The notes under the pieces are model-generated. The model had not been told where the DNA came from and ran no database searches. It saw nothing but the letters and a program-made list of their open reading frames with translations. From positions 256,001-320,000 of the forward strand of contig CAWHVC010000001.1 in the NCBI GenBank assembly GCA_963832745.1: a stretch of DNA of 64,000 nt, read 5' to 3'. Made by a program: the position numbers and the translations under genes. Of this stretch, positions 48,482 through 58,798 are shown piece by piece. Positions within the stretch are counted from its first letter, which is position 1. The number at the start of each line of letters is the position of its first letter. Source of the stretch: Candidatus Bathyarchaeota archaeon (GTDB lineage: Archaea > Thermoproteota > Bathyarchaeia > Bathyarchaeales > Bathycorpusculaceae).

Positions 48482-51297
48482 TTAGGGCTTCCGTCTTCTG
48501 TTCGCCAAATACTTTCCGATTTCTAATGCACTAAACACTATGCCAGCCATTAATGCAGCGATTACCCAATCGACTAGTTGAGGTGCAGTTACATCGAACA
48601 GTGCCTGTACTGCAGGAACATAGAGTACTACAAGCTGCAACGCGAACGAGGACAGTATTGCATACCAGAGATACTTGTTTTTGAACACGCCAACCTTGAT
48701 TACTGGATGTTTAAGCGACCGAGATGACAATGCAATAGCTAATTCGATAAGCACCATTCCAGTCATTAATTGTGTTCGTGCTTCAAGCAGATTATATTGT
48801 CCAAGCCATGGTTGATGCGCAAAGTATGCCGTCAACAACAGGATTGTTGTCAGTATTGGCGTTGCCACCAAGAAAGTTTTGACGTCTCTTGAGAATATGC
48901 TTTCTTTTGGATGACGAGGCTTACGTTCCATCAGGTCAGGGTCACCGGGATCAACGCCTAAAGCAATGGCAGGCAAACCGTCAGTCACCAAGTTAATCCA
49001 TAGAATCTGCACAGCCGTCAAAGCTATTGCTGCACTATTAATGGAGTCAATACCTTCCTGTGTTGAGTTCAGCCCCGGAACCAGAAACGCTGCTAAATAA
49101 GGCACTGCAACAACAGCTATGAACATTACCAAGATTTCCATAATATTGCATTGCAGCAGGAATGTTAGGTATTTCTTGATGTTATCGTAGATTTCACGGC
49201 CTTCTTTAACGGCTTTAACTATACTTGCAAAATTGTCGTCAGCAAGAATCATTGAAGCGGCTTCTTTGCTTACTTCCGTGCCAGTGATACCCATGGCAAT
49301 GCCGATATCCGCTTTTTTGAGCGCAGGAGCATCGTTCACGCCGTCGCCGGTCATTGCAACAATCTGTCCTTTTTCCTTCCAAGCCTTAACAATTCTGACT
49401 TTATGTTCAGGCGCAACACGCGCGTAAATAACAATTTTTTCCACAATATCCGCAAGCTGTTGGTCAGTCATTTGCTCAAGTTCAGCGCCAGTTAAAACTT
49501 TACCGTCAGGGTCTTCTTCGCCAATCAAGTTTAGCTCTTTTGCGACAGCGGTTGCAGTAAGTTTGTGGTCACCAGTAATCATTACAACACGTATGCCGGC
49601 TTTTCTACATGTTTCAATTGCATCCTTAACTTCTGGACGGGGCGGATCAATCATGCCCATTATACCCGCAAAGATGAAGTCTTCTTCTATCGTTTCGTCA
49701 AAGCTTGTCATGTCTTGAGGCAATTCACGGTACGCAAAACCGAGGTTTCTTAGGGCCTGTAAAGCCATGCTTTCAATAACTTTTTGCAGGTCTGAACGTT
49801 GGTTTTTCGTTAATTTCATTATTTTGCCGTTTAGTTTTATGCTACTGCATTTTTCGATGACAATTTCAGGTGCGCCTTTCATGTAGGCTACTTTTTTGTT
49901 GTCAAACTGGTGTATCGTGGTCATGCGTTTGCGTTCACTGCTAAACGGTATTTCACCGATTCGAGGTTCCAGTTTATCAAGCTCTTGTTTCGAAACGTCA
50001 GCTTTGGCAGCTGCAACTATAAGAGCGCCTTCAGTTGGGTCACCTTTAACTTTCCAATTGTTACTTTTTTCGTCCCTGTCAAGTGCAGAGTCATTGCATA
50101 GGCTGGATATTTTTAGGAGTTCAAGGAGTTGCTCGTCAGGGGTTATGGCTTTGTTATCGATTTCGAATTGGCCTTTTGGCGCATATCCTATGCCAGTCAC
50201 TTTGACGGCAGTATTATTAATGTAAATACGTTGTACTGTCATTTCGCCTTTTGTCAGGGTACCAGTTTTGTCGCTGCAAATTACACTGGTGCTACCTAAG
50301 GTTTCTACAGCGGGAAACGCTTTACAACCGCGTTGACTTTGGTCATTCTGTACATGCCAATTGCAAGGGCTCCAGTAACGATTGCTGGGAGAGCTTCAGG
50401 CACTGCTGCAACAGCGAGGCTTACTGCCCAAAGAATCATTTCGACAAGGTCACGCTGCTCAACAACAACACCCACAACTGCAACACTAGCAGCAATCACG
50501 ATAGCCAACAGACCAATCCATTTACCGACGGAAGCCAAACGTTTTTCAAGCGGCGTTTCTTCAACTTCGGTTGTTTGGACCATTTGCGCAATTTTGCCAA
50601 ACTCTGTTTTCATGCCTGTTTCAGTAACAAGTGCTTTTGCTCTGCCGTAAGCGATGGCTGTTCCAGTGTAAATCATGTTGTGCCGATCGTTTAATTGGGC
50701 TTTTTCAGAAATTGCCGCGGTGCTTTTGTCTACGGCTGCGGATTCACCTGTTAGAGCAGCCTCTTCAACTTTAAGGGTATGAGCTTCTATAAGCCGTGAA
50801 TCAGCAGGCACTTTGTCACCTGCATAGAGAAGCAGTATATCGCCGGGCACAATTTGGCTTGCTTGAATGGTGGTTTCTTTTCCCTCTCGAATTACAAGGG
50901 CAGTTGGTGAAGTCATTTTTTTGAGGGCTTCAACAGCTTTTTCGCTTCGATATTCTTGTGTGAAACCTAAGATTGCGCTTGCAAAAACGATGATGAGGAT
51001 AATGGCGGCGTCAACTTGTTCGCCAACAGCGATAGAGAGACCTGTTGCAATTAATAGTATTATCATGAGAACGTCGGTAAATTGTGAGAGGAAGAGTTTG
51101 ATTGGGGATTTCCCTTTTTCTTTTTTCAACTCGTTTGAACCGTATTTTGCTAGGCGTGTTTGGACGTCCTGCGTGGTTATTCCTTGGTTTTCTTTAACTT
51201 GAAGTTCTGTTAAAGATTCTTCAACTGTTAAAGCATGCCATGGCTTGGTGTTTGAGATTTTGTGGTCTCTCCTTTGCATTTTTTTCTTTTTTAGCAA
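48482..51297 (-). pseudogene. SERCA-like type IIA P-type Ca2+-ATPase split by a 1-nt frameshift at ~50315
   Basis: The 5' ORF has TGES and VPEALP. The shifted frame gives PAVETLGSTSVICSDKTGTLT and continues to KGAPE, TGDGVNDAP, NIMEI, WINLVTDG. Confidence 0.88.
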
Positions 51298-51403
51298 TGA
51301 TTAACGGGCTTCTTTAACGTGATTATAAGCCTTGTTGTTGCTAAATTATTTGGATAATGAGGGGCAATAGTTAAATGATTTTTGTCACTAATACTTTTTT
51401 TTA

Positions 51404-52231
51404 GTGGTGAATAAGGTGAAGAATATTGGAATTCAAAAAGCACTTGAAACATTAGGCCTAACCGAATACGAAGCAAAAGCATACATCAGCTTAGTTGAAA
51501 AAGGAACATCAAACGCTGGAGACTTAAGCACATTATCTGAGATACCGCACTCAAAAATATATGAAGTCCTAATGCGCTTGGAAAAAAGAAAACTCTTAGA
51601 AACCCAAAAAGGAAGACCCATACTATTCAAAGCCGTAAAACCCTCCACAGCATTAGAAGGAATAGAAACCCAACTAAAAAACGATTTAGAAAAAGAATTA
51701 ACCGAAAAAAGAGCCACCTTAGAAAACAGTTACAAAAAAAGATTCACCGAAATAACTGAAGCTCAAAAAACCGTTTTAGAAGAACTTGAAACCCTTTACG
51801 AAACAAAAGAAACCGCTGAACCATCAGAAGACATTGTTTGGACAATCCAAGGAAAAACTAACCTAAACACCCAAGCAAAAGACATCATCCTTTACGCGAC
51901 AAACGAAGTACGACTAAGACTTCCCCATGATGACTTTACAGAGTTTGAATCAATAGTGAAAACTGCATACTCAAAAGGCGTAAAAATCCAGTTACTCGTT
52001 CACCGATTAACTCCGAGCGCACGCAGATTGGAAAAAAACGCTGAAATCTTCCTCGAAGAATCACCACTTCCAACAAACTACGGTATAATTATCGCCGACA
52101 ACAAAAAAGGCATGTTCATATCAGAAAATTATGCCCACGGATTCAAGACTTCAGGCAAAAGCGTACTAATGGTTCTCACACACTTTTACGACCATGAACT
52201 GGAAGAGTCAATCAAAATAAAAAATAAATAA
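51404..52231 (+). CDS. TrmB-family transcriptional regulator
   Basis: LGLTEYEAKAY..IPHSKIYEVL..LE.R..GRP wHTH plus effector domain; divergent from the Ca-ATPase. Confidence 0.9.
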   Translation: MVNKVKNIGIQKALETLGLTEYEAKAYISLVEKGTSNAGDLSTLSEIPHSKIYEVLMRLEKRKLLETQKGRPILFKAVKPSTALEGIETQLKNDLEKELTEKRATLENSYKKRFTEITEAQKTVLEELETLYETKETAEPSEDIVWTIQGKTNLNTQAKDIILYATNEVRLRLPHDDFTEFESIVKTAYSKGVKIQLLVHRLTPSARRLEKNAEIFLEESPLPTNYGIIIADNKKGMFISENYAHGFKTSGKSVLMVLTHFYDHELEESIKIKNK

Positions 52232-52246
52232 AAAAGGAAAGCCGTT

Positions 52247-53002
52247 TTAGGCGTTATCGCTTGTCATTTTCTTTTTAAAAACTTCAACAGCCAGAGAAAA
52301 AGCTACAACCGCATACAAGCTAACAGTCAGCAGGGGCAATGCAAAATTGGCAAAGGTTAAAGCGTTTAAACTTAGAGCAGTTCGGGCTGCTAATACTGAT
52401 GGATAAAATGGAAAAATGCTGTACACTGTACTCAGTGTTGTTCCAGCCTCAATGGGCATCCATGCGCCACTCATGAATCCTGCGAGGGTAATGACTATTG
52501 AAGTTATTCCTGGAGCCGATTTATCGCTAAAAACGCTTCCGAAAAGTATCCCTACCCCAATAAAGAAAAACACTGCTGGAAAAACTGTTACGATGCTAAA
52601 AACAATACCAAGAGTGTTAAGTGCTGACCCAGTGAGTAGACCCATTATTGAAGCTGCAACGAAGCACGCAACTGCTTGCCCTAATGCAATAAGTAAACCC
52701 GGAATCGAATACCCAATTACGAAATCTACTGTTGTCATGGGTGAAGTGTAAAGTCTGCTTAGCAGAGAGGTTGTTCGATCTTTTGAAACCAGCAGCGCCA
52801 TATAAAGCATAACAAACGCAAAAGAGAAAACAGCGATACCCGGCGTCAATATTTCCAACGAAAACCAATAAGCTGTTTCCGAATAAAACACTACATAAAA
52901 AACTATAAGCATCACTATCGGAAGACCCAGCGAGAACACATAACTTAATGGGTCTCTAAGAATTTCTTTGATATTGCGTGAAGCAAATACAAATGCTCTC
53001 AT
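52247..53002 (-). CDS. ABC-2 type exporter permease
   Basis: RNIKEILRDP, LSRLYTSP, SGAWMP; 6 TM helices. Confidence 0.88.
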   Translation of the reverse strand: MRAFVFASRNIKEILRDPLSYVFSLGLPIVMLIVFYVVFYSETAYWFSLEILTPGIAVFSFAFVMLYMALLVSKDRTTSLLSRLYTSPMTTVDFVIGYSIPGLLIALGQAVACFVAASIMGLLTGSALNTLGIVFSIVTVFPAVFFFIGVGILFGSVFSDKSAPGITSIVITLAGFMSGAWMPIEAGTTLSTVYSIFPFYPSVLAARTALSLNALTFANFALPLLTVSLYAVVAFSLAVEVFKKKMTSDNA

Positions 53003-53730
53003 GCAATAACCGCCTCAGTAGCAAATTTGATGAAGGCATCTTCAAACGTTTCTTTACCAGAAATCGCAATTAACTCCTTGGGTGTCCCCATAGCCTTGAG
53101 TTTACCGTTTGATAAGATACCTATTTGGTCAGAAAGAGCTTCAGCTTCTTCCATGTAATGAGTTGTTAGAATTATTGTGACTTTTCCTTTTAGATGCAAT
53201 ATTAAAGTCCATAATTCGCGGCGTGCGAGCACATCAAGACCTGATGTTGGTTCATCAAGGAACAAGATTTGAGGGTCTGAAATTAACGCCATAGCAATAC
53301 TTAATCTTCGTTGCCAGCCACCTGACAAAGTTTTTGCTTTTTCTTTTTCAATACTGGAAAGACCTAATTTTGAAATAATTTGGGCAGTTTTTTCTTGAAC
53401 CTCTATTTTATTCAGTCCATATATGGCCGCGATTAATTCGAGGTTTTCTTTAACTGAAAGGTTTGGTGCTACAGCAGTTTCTTGAGGGGACATATTTGTG
53501 ATTTCTTTTACTTTTTGGGGGTTTGTAAGGATACTGTAACCCATTATTGTTGCGTCGCCTGATGTAGGGATTGTCAGGCATGAAAGCATTTTTATGGTTG
53601 TAGTTTTTCCTGCACCGTTAACGCCGAGTAGGGCAAATATTTGGCCCTGATTAATAGCCAGATTTAATGAATCAACGGCGATTTTTGAGCCATATTTTTT
53701 ATGGAGATTTTTTGTTTGGATACCAATCAT
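52999..53730 (-). CDS. ABC exporter ATP-binding protein
   Basis: GVNGAGKTT, LSGGWQRR, LDEPT, TTHYMEEA. Confidence 0.93.
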   Translation of the reverse strand: MIGIQTKNLHKKYGSKIAVDSLNLAINQGQIFALLGVNGAGKTTTIKMLSCLTIPTSGDATIMGYSILTNPQKVKEITNMSPQETAVAPNLSVKENLELIAAIYGLNKIEVQEKTAQIISKLGLSSIEKEKAKTLSGGWQRRLSIAMALISDPQILFLDEPTSGLDVLARRELWTLILHLKGKVTIILTTHYMEEAEALSDQIGILSNGKLKAMGTPKELIAISGKETFEDAFIKFATEAVIA

Positions 53731-53960
53731 TTTTTCTCACCATCACCCATTACGCTAGAAAAGACCTTTGTTAATTCGGTACTTGTGATTATGGCAAGTC
53801 CTTGTTTTTCATCACCAACTAACAAAAGTGAATCTCCTGGGTTTATGTTGAAAATAGTGCGAGCTTTTTTTGGAATTACGATTTGGCCTTTTTCGCCTAC
53901 TTTAACTAATCCGAATATGTGTTTTCCCTTTGGTGCACTCATCAGAATTTCTTCCAACAA
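53727..53960 (-). CDS. AbrB/MazE/SpoVT-family DNA-binding protein
   Basis: VKVGEKGQIVIPKKAR..F.I.PGD. Confidence 0.9.
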   Translation of the reverse strand: MLEEILMSAPKGKHIFGLVKVGEKGQIVIPKKARTIFNINPGDSLLLVGDEKQGLAIITSTELTKVFSSVMGDGEKK

Positions 53961-54082
53961 CTAAGTAATTAAATGCATATAAGTAGGTTTTGTATAACTT
54001 TTCATACTTTTCTAACAAAAACAAAATGCGTGAAAAAATATTAATGAAAAAAACAAAAAAATACGTAATGATTTTTAAAAAA

Positions 54083-54691
54083 TTAACATTTTTTAGCTAC
54101 ACAGATAAAGTAGCTTTCATCATCCCTTTCAAAAATAACCGTGAGACCATTTTCTTTCATCATTTGTTTAAGCAGTTCCATACTGGGCAGGAAATCGTTC
54201 TCAATCTCCACACCGCCTTCCATGTGTACACCGTTAATTTTTTTAGCTGAATCAGAATGAGCTACTACAAAATGTCCACCCTTCTTTAGAGTAGTATATA
54301 ACGTTTTTATTGCTAAAGGTTGGTCAAGAAAGTGAGGAAAACAGGAGTAGCAAACTACCAAGTCAAACTCACAATCAAAGGGCAAGTCATAAACATCAGA
54401 GACCAAAAATGAAATCAACGGATGCTCTTTTTTCGGATATTTTGTACGCGCCACTTCAATCATTTTTTCAGAGTAGTCTACGGCGACAACCTTGCCATTT
54501 ATTAGGTGTTGCTCGTAGAAGGGAATCATTATACCCGTTCCGGTGCCGACATCCAGTATCTTATCGCTGCTTTTGATTTCTAACAAGTTAGTAATATATT
54601 GAATTTTTTCCAGATTATGAACGGTGATTTTGTCCCATTTTTCTGCTCGCTCATTAAAGAAGTCCTTTTGTTTTGGATTGTGCATTTTCAT
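54083..54691 (-). CDS. Class I SAM-dependent methyltransferase
   Basis: FFNERAEKWD, ILDVGTGTG, CYSCFPHF; last gene of the ABC importer operon. Confidence 0.9.
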   Translation of the reverse strand: MKMHNPKQKDFFNERAEKWDKITVHNLEKIQYITNLLEIKSSDKILDVGTGTGIMIPFYEQHLINGKVVAVDYSEKMIEVARTKYPKKEHPLISFLVSDVYDLPFDCEFDLVVCYSCFPHFLDQPLAIKTLYTTLKKGGHFVVAHSDSAKKINGVHMEGGVEIENDFLPSMELLKQMMKENGLTVIFERDDESYFICVAKKC

Positions 54692-54710
54692 TTCAAATAT
54701 TTGTCTCCAT

Positions 54711-55464
54711 TTATATTGGTATAACTATAGGTATACCTCGAACACTTTCAACAAAAGCATCAACGTTGTATACCTGCTTGATGTTTGCGGGGGTTATTAC
54801 TTCATGACCGCCCACTGCGTAAACTACCCCATCTTTCATTAAGATGAACTTGTCGGAATGTCTGATAGCCAAGTTGAGGTCATGAATAACCATGATTGCA
54901 GCCATATGATTCTTTTTGACAATGTTCTGAATTAAATGCATGATCATATGTTGGTTTGATAGGTCCAAATTGCTTGTGGGTTCATCTAAAAGAATTACTT
55001 TCGGTTGTTGCACCAAAACTCTGGCTATTTGGACTAACTGGTATTCTCCACCACTAATCTCGTCGACATATTTTAGTGATAACCCGTCCAAACCGAGCAA
55101 ATGGAGAACTCTTCCAGCCAATCTAACGTCTCTCTCAGAGGCATCCCATTCAAAATGCGGTTTTCTACCTAAAAGTACTGAATCAAACACTGTAGTTTGG
55201 GATGTCTCACTTTTTTGTGCTACGTATCCAATATTTTTGGCGATGTCTCGCTTGCTCATTTGGTAAATTTCAGCATCATTAATAGAAACTGAACCAGCTT
55301 GTGGGGTGAGAACCTTGCCTATACATTTTAGCAGAGTTGTTTTTCCGACACCGTTAGGTCCTAGAACAGATATTACATCATCCGCGGTTAACTTTGAAAG
55401 ACACGCCGTCTAGAACCCGTTTGCTACGGTAAGAGAAGTTGATGCCGTTTACTTCGAAGAACAT
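54711..55464 (-). pseudogene. FecE/BtuD-type ABC ATPase split by a 1-nt frameshift at ~55385
   Basis: The ATG at 55464 (TAATG overlap with the permease) gives MFFEVNGINFSY...KVNRG*. The +1 frame gives ADDVISVLGPNGVGKTT (Walker A) and joins ORF 54711..55259. Confidence 0.85.
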
Positions 55465-56588
55465 TACTTACGATACCTCCTGATTAGCAGGTATATAAAT
55501 AGGGGCCCTCCAAGCATTGAAGTGATTATACCCACAGGTATAACTGAAGGATAAAGAATGACTTGACCAACCCCATCAGCCAAGATTAAGATAATAGCAC
55601 CAATTATAATCGAGAGAGGTATTAGGTATCGGTGGTCACTTCCAATAATCATTCGAGCGATATGTGGCGCAAGAAGACCTATGAAAGCAATAATGCCAAA
55701 GAAGGAAACAATAATGGATGATAGAATGGACGTTAAAATCATGCCTACGATTCGTTCGCGTTCTGTATTTACGCCCAAACCTTTTGCCGTATCTTCGCCA
55801 GCGTCTAAGGCGTTATAATCCCATCTCTTGTAGAAAAAGTAAAGCGCCACTGGCAATAACACCAGAAGAATCAATGAGTTCCATGACCAAGTTGCTTTCC
55901 CTAAATCCCCAAAAGTCCAAGCAACAATATTGCCCAATTGAGAGTCAGTCGCTATATATTGCATAAATGATAAGCCAGCAGAGAACATTACGTTGATGGC
56001 GACACCGGCGAGTATAATGGTCTCGGCGCTTACCCGGGTAAGTTTTGTTAGAAGCAATATGGAACCTGTAGCAAGCAATGAGAACACAAATGCGCAGATG
56101 GTGGTAACATAGGGGTTACTGATAGAAACTATGGAAGTCATGGCACTGCCAGCACCGAGAAAAATAATGCCAAAAGAGGCACCAAACGCAGCGGCGCTAG
56201 AAATACCTAAAGTAAACGGTGAAGCCAAAGGATTACGCAAGATGCACTGCATTACTACGCCAGCAACAGCTAAACCTGCACCAGCAAGTAAAGCGCCAAC
56301 AATTCTAACCATGCGAATATTCCATATGACACCACCCACACCGTGGGTATCAAAGGTAAAGATTGATTTCATAACGTCTACAAAAGAAATGTTAATAGGT
56401 CCACTCTGGGCAGCGATAATTACGCATACAACCAGCAGCAGTAAACCAGCGAGCATGAACAGAAGCTTCCGTTTTATGAAACCCTTGTAGGCTTTTGAGG
56501 TTTGGTTGCTTTCTTGTTCGTTGTCTTCGTAAATGTCAAATGCTTCGTGTTGGTTTTGATCGTGCGCTACCTGGTTTTCAGTCGTTAT
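55464..56588 (-). CDS. FecCD/BtuC-family ABC permease
   Basis: QCILRNPLASPFTLGISSAA, GIIAFIGLLAPH, PVGIITSMLGGP. Start uncertain; ATA at 56588 follows a GGCGGTG SD. Confidence 0.9.
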   Translation of the reverse strand: MTTENQVAHDQNQHEAFDIYEDNEQESNQTSKAYKGFIKRKLLFMLAGLLLLVVCVIIAAQSGPINISFVDVMKSIFTFDTHGVGGVIWNIRMVRIVGALLAGAGLAVAGVVMQCILRNPLASPFTLGISSAAAFGASFGIIFLGAGSAMTSIVSISNPYVTTICAFVFSLLATGSILLLTKLTRVSAETIILAGVAINVMFSAGLSFMQYIATDSQLGNIVAWTFGDLGKATWSWNSLILLVLLPVALYFFYKRWDYNALDAGEDTAKGLGVNTERERIVGMILTSILSSIIVSFFGIIAFIGLLAPHIARMIIGSDHRYLIPLSIIIGAIILILADGVGQVILYPSVIPVGIITSMLGGPLFIYLLIRRYRK

Positions 56589-56626
56589 TTTACACCGCCA
56601 AAAAAAGGAAAAATGTGGAATTTTTT

Positions 56627-57748
56627 TTAAGAAACGAATTGGATAATGACTGGACCGCATCCGTTGCCTGTTTGGCCTGCTGCTATTTGGGAGTAGGTTA
56701 TTGTTGTTCCAGGGTAGAACAGGTTTATGATTTCGTTGGCTTTGTCTTGGAAATTCCATGAATATTGGTCACCATTCATTGTGGCTGCTACGTAGTAGAC
56801 GTTTATCAATTGGTTTTCCCAATTGGTGCCATAGCATTTGTAAACCAATGTTGAATAGATGTTGTCATTTTTTATTGCTGAAACGCTGTCTAAGCCAGTA
56901 TTTGTATTTATGTATTCAGTAATCGAGTTTATTGAATCGTTTAAACCGATACTATCTATGAATATGTAGTCGGGGTTTGCAGCGATGAGGGTTTCTAAGG
57001 TAATTGTGTATGGTTGACCATTATCTGCTGGTTCAATAGCGTTGGGTATATTGGAGTAATCGAATGGCAGATAGTTACCAGAGCCTTTCAAGAATGATGC
57101 TCCACCGTAATAGAACATGCCACATGCATATGCTTTTTCAGAGGAGGATGTGGAGGCCGCAGATGTTATGCTGGTAATCATTTGTTCAATGCCATTATTG
57201 AGTTCAGTTGCCCTGTTTTGTTCACCAAGTAATGTTCCCAAAGAAGTTATCTGTTCATAGAAAGCGTCTCCGAATTCAAGATTGGCGTTAATTACATACA
57301 CTGGAATGTTAGTTTGCGATTGCAGGTTGTCTGCAGCGGCTACATCTTCGGCCGTTGAAGTAATGATTATGCTGGGGTTTAAGTTCAATATTGCTTCGGC
57401 GGTTGGTGCTACTTGTGGCAGATTTGAGAATTTTTCTTTGTTCATTAGATAATATGTCTGGTCGTCTCGTGTGTTGAATGTTCCTGCAGCTTCGATTGCT
57501 TGGACTTTGTCAACGGCGTCAAAGTAGGAAACTAATCGTAGGGAGCATGCGCCCACACAATAGATGGAGTCTATTTTTTGTGGAACATTTACTGTTCTGC
57601 CTAAAGCATCAGTGACTGTTAATTCGGCACCTTGATTGTTACCCTGACTTAATGTAAGGCTGTAAACAACCCCTATGGCTGCGACTAGAATTATTACTGC
57701 TGCCACGATTGCGAAGATTTTGTTTTTTCCCATGTGAAATACTTCCAT
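56627..57748 (-). CDS. FecB/BtuF-type ABC substrate-binding protein (start probably 57733)
   Basis: N-terminal TM, TVTDALGRTVNVP, EAILNLNP, ANPDYIFID. Confidence 0.9.
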   Translation of the reverse strand: MEVFHMGKNKIFAIVAAVIILVAAIGVVYSLTLSQGNNQGAELTVTDALGRTVNVPQKIDSIYCVGACSLRLVSYFDAVDKVQAIEAAGTFNTRDDQTYYLMNKEKFSNLPQVAPTAEAILNLNPSIIITSTAEDVAAADNLQSQTNIPVYVINANLEFGDAFYEQITSLGTLLGEQNRATELNNGIEQMITSITSAASTSSSEKAYACGMFYYGGASFLKGSGNYLPFDYSNIPNAIEPADNGQPYTITLETLIAANPDYIFIDSIGLNDSINSITEYINTNTGLDSVSAIKNDNIYSTLVYKCYGTNWENQLINVYYVAATMNGDQYSWNFQDKANEIINLFYPGTTITYSQIAAGQTGNGCGPVIIQFVS

Positions 57749-57760
57749 TGAATAACAAGA

Positions 57761-57790
57761 CGTATTACATTTTTATAATTTAGTAATACG
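57761..57790. promoter_or_regulatory. NikR-type operator
   Basis: Perfect palindrome CGTATTAC-N14-GTAATACG (GTATTA-N16-TAATAC) between the BRE/TATA (TTTATTAA, 57804-57797) and the SBP start. Confidence 0.8.
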
Positions 57791-57929
57791 GAAGAGTTAA
57801 TAAATTTTCTGGGACAAAAAAAGAAGTAAATCTATCAAACACTTGCCAGTTAAAAAAACCAGTAAACAACAAAATAAATAAAAAAATATACCACAAAATA
57901 ACTCAACAAACTACGATGTAAAATTTTAA

Positions 57930-58007
57930 TGGTGGGCCGAACCGGATTCGGACCGGCGACCTTCTGCACGTCAAGCAGATGTCCTAACCAGGCTAGACGA
58001 CCGGCCC
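57930..58007 (-). tRNA. tRNA-Val(GAC), CCA encoded
   Basis: GGGCCGG...TCGGCCC-A-CCA cloverleaf; anticodon arm TCTGC-TTGACGT-GCAGA; T-loop TCCGAAT. Confidence 0.95.
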
Positions 58008-58242
58008 ACTTTTCTGCGATATTGCTAATGTGACTTCGTGCTGGTATTAAACCGTTTTCCTTCTAATACACAAGTTATCGACGGATTGCATGGTTAAACC
58101 CTTAAGTAAATTACCCTAAACCAACAAAGAAACGAAATACCGTAAAACCAGCCACTTTTGGAATATATCGTGAATGGGAATTCACTACTTAAATACGAAT
58201 TATAACCTATAATTTAGAATCAGGAGAAAGGAGAAGGCAATC

Positions 58243-58599
58243 GTGTTTCACGTTCATGTTAGGACATTCCCTAGTTCAGCGCTCATCTTAGCCGGTTCAA
58301 TGGACTGGTTAACCACCGTGTTAGGATTAAACTTTTTCGGAGCTGCTGAAGCAAATCCATTCATTTCAGGAATTGCAAATCAAAATATTCTGGCTTTCAC
58401 AGCAATAAAGCTTTTAACCACATTGTTTGTGGGATTGATTTTTTACCAAGCTGACAAGTGCTTGCTTAAAACTGAAGACAAGACAACCAAATCGTTCAAA
58501 TGGACGAGACTTACTTTAAAAATGGCGTATGTCGGTGCCACTGCAATGTTGATTATGGCTGTAATAAACAACATCTTAATTTTAGCAAACTTTATTTAA
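58243..58599 (+). CDS. DUF5658-family membrane protein
   Basis: MDWLTTVLGLNFFGAAEANPF..F.AIKL. Confidence 0.8.
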   Translation: MFHVHVRTFPSSALILAGSMDWLTTVLGLNFFGAAEANPFISGIANQNILAFTAIKLLTTLFVGLIFYQADKCLLKTEDKTTKSFKWTRLTLKMAYVGATAMLIMAVINNILILANFI

Positions 58600-58798
58600 T
58601 CAATTTTTTTCTTCCATTTTTTAGCTATTAACGGCTTAACGTAATTTTTGATTTCCCTAAAGATTAGGTAAATAGAAAAGCAAGAAACAATTATTTTAGG
58701 CAAATTATAGCTAAATTGCTTAGACCAGTAAGAACTGCTTTAAAAGTTTAATTAAACAAAAAAAGAAAAAAGGTTTTGATTTGGTTTTTTGCGATTGC

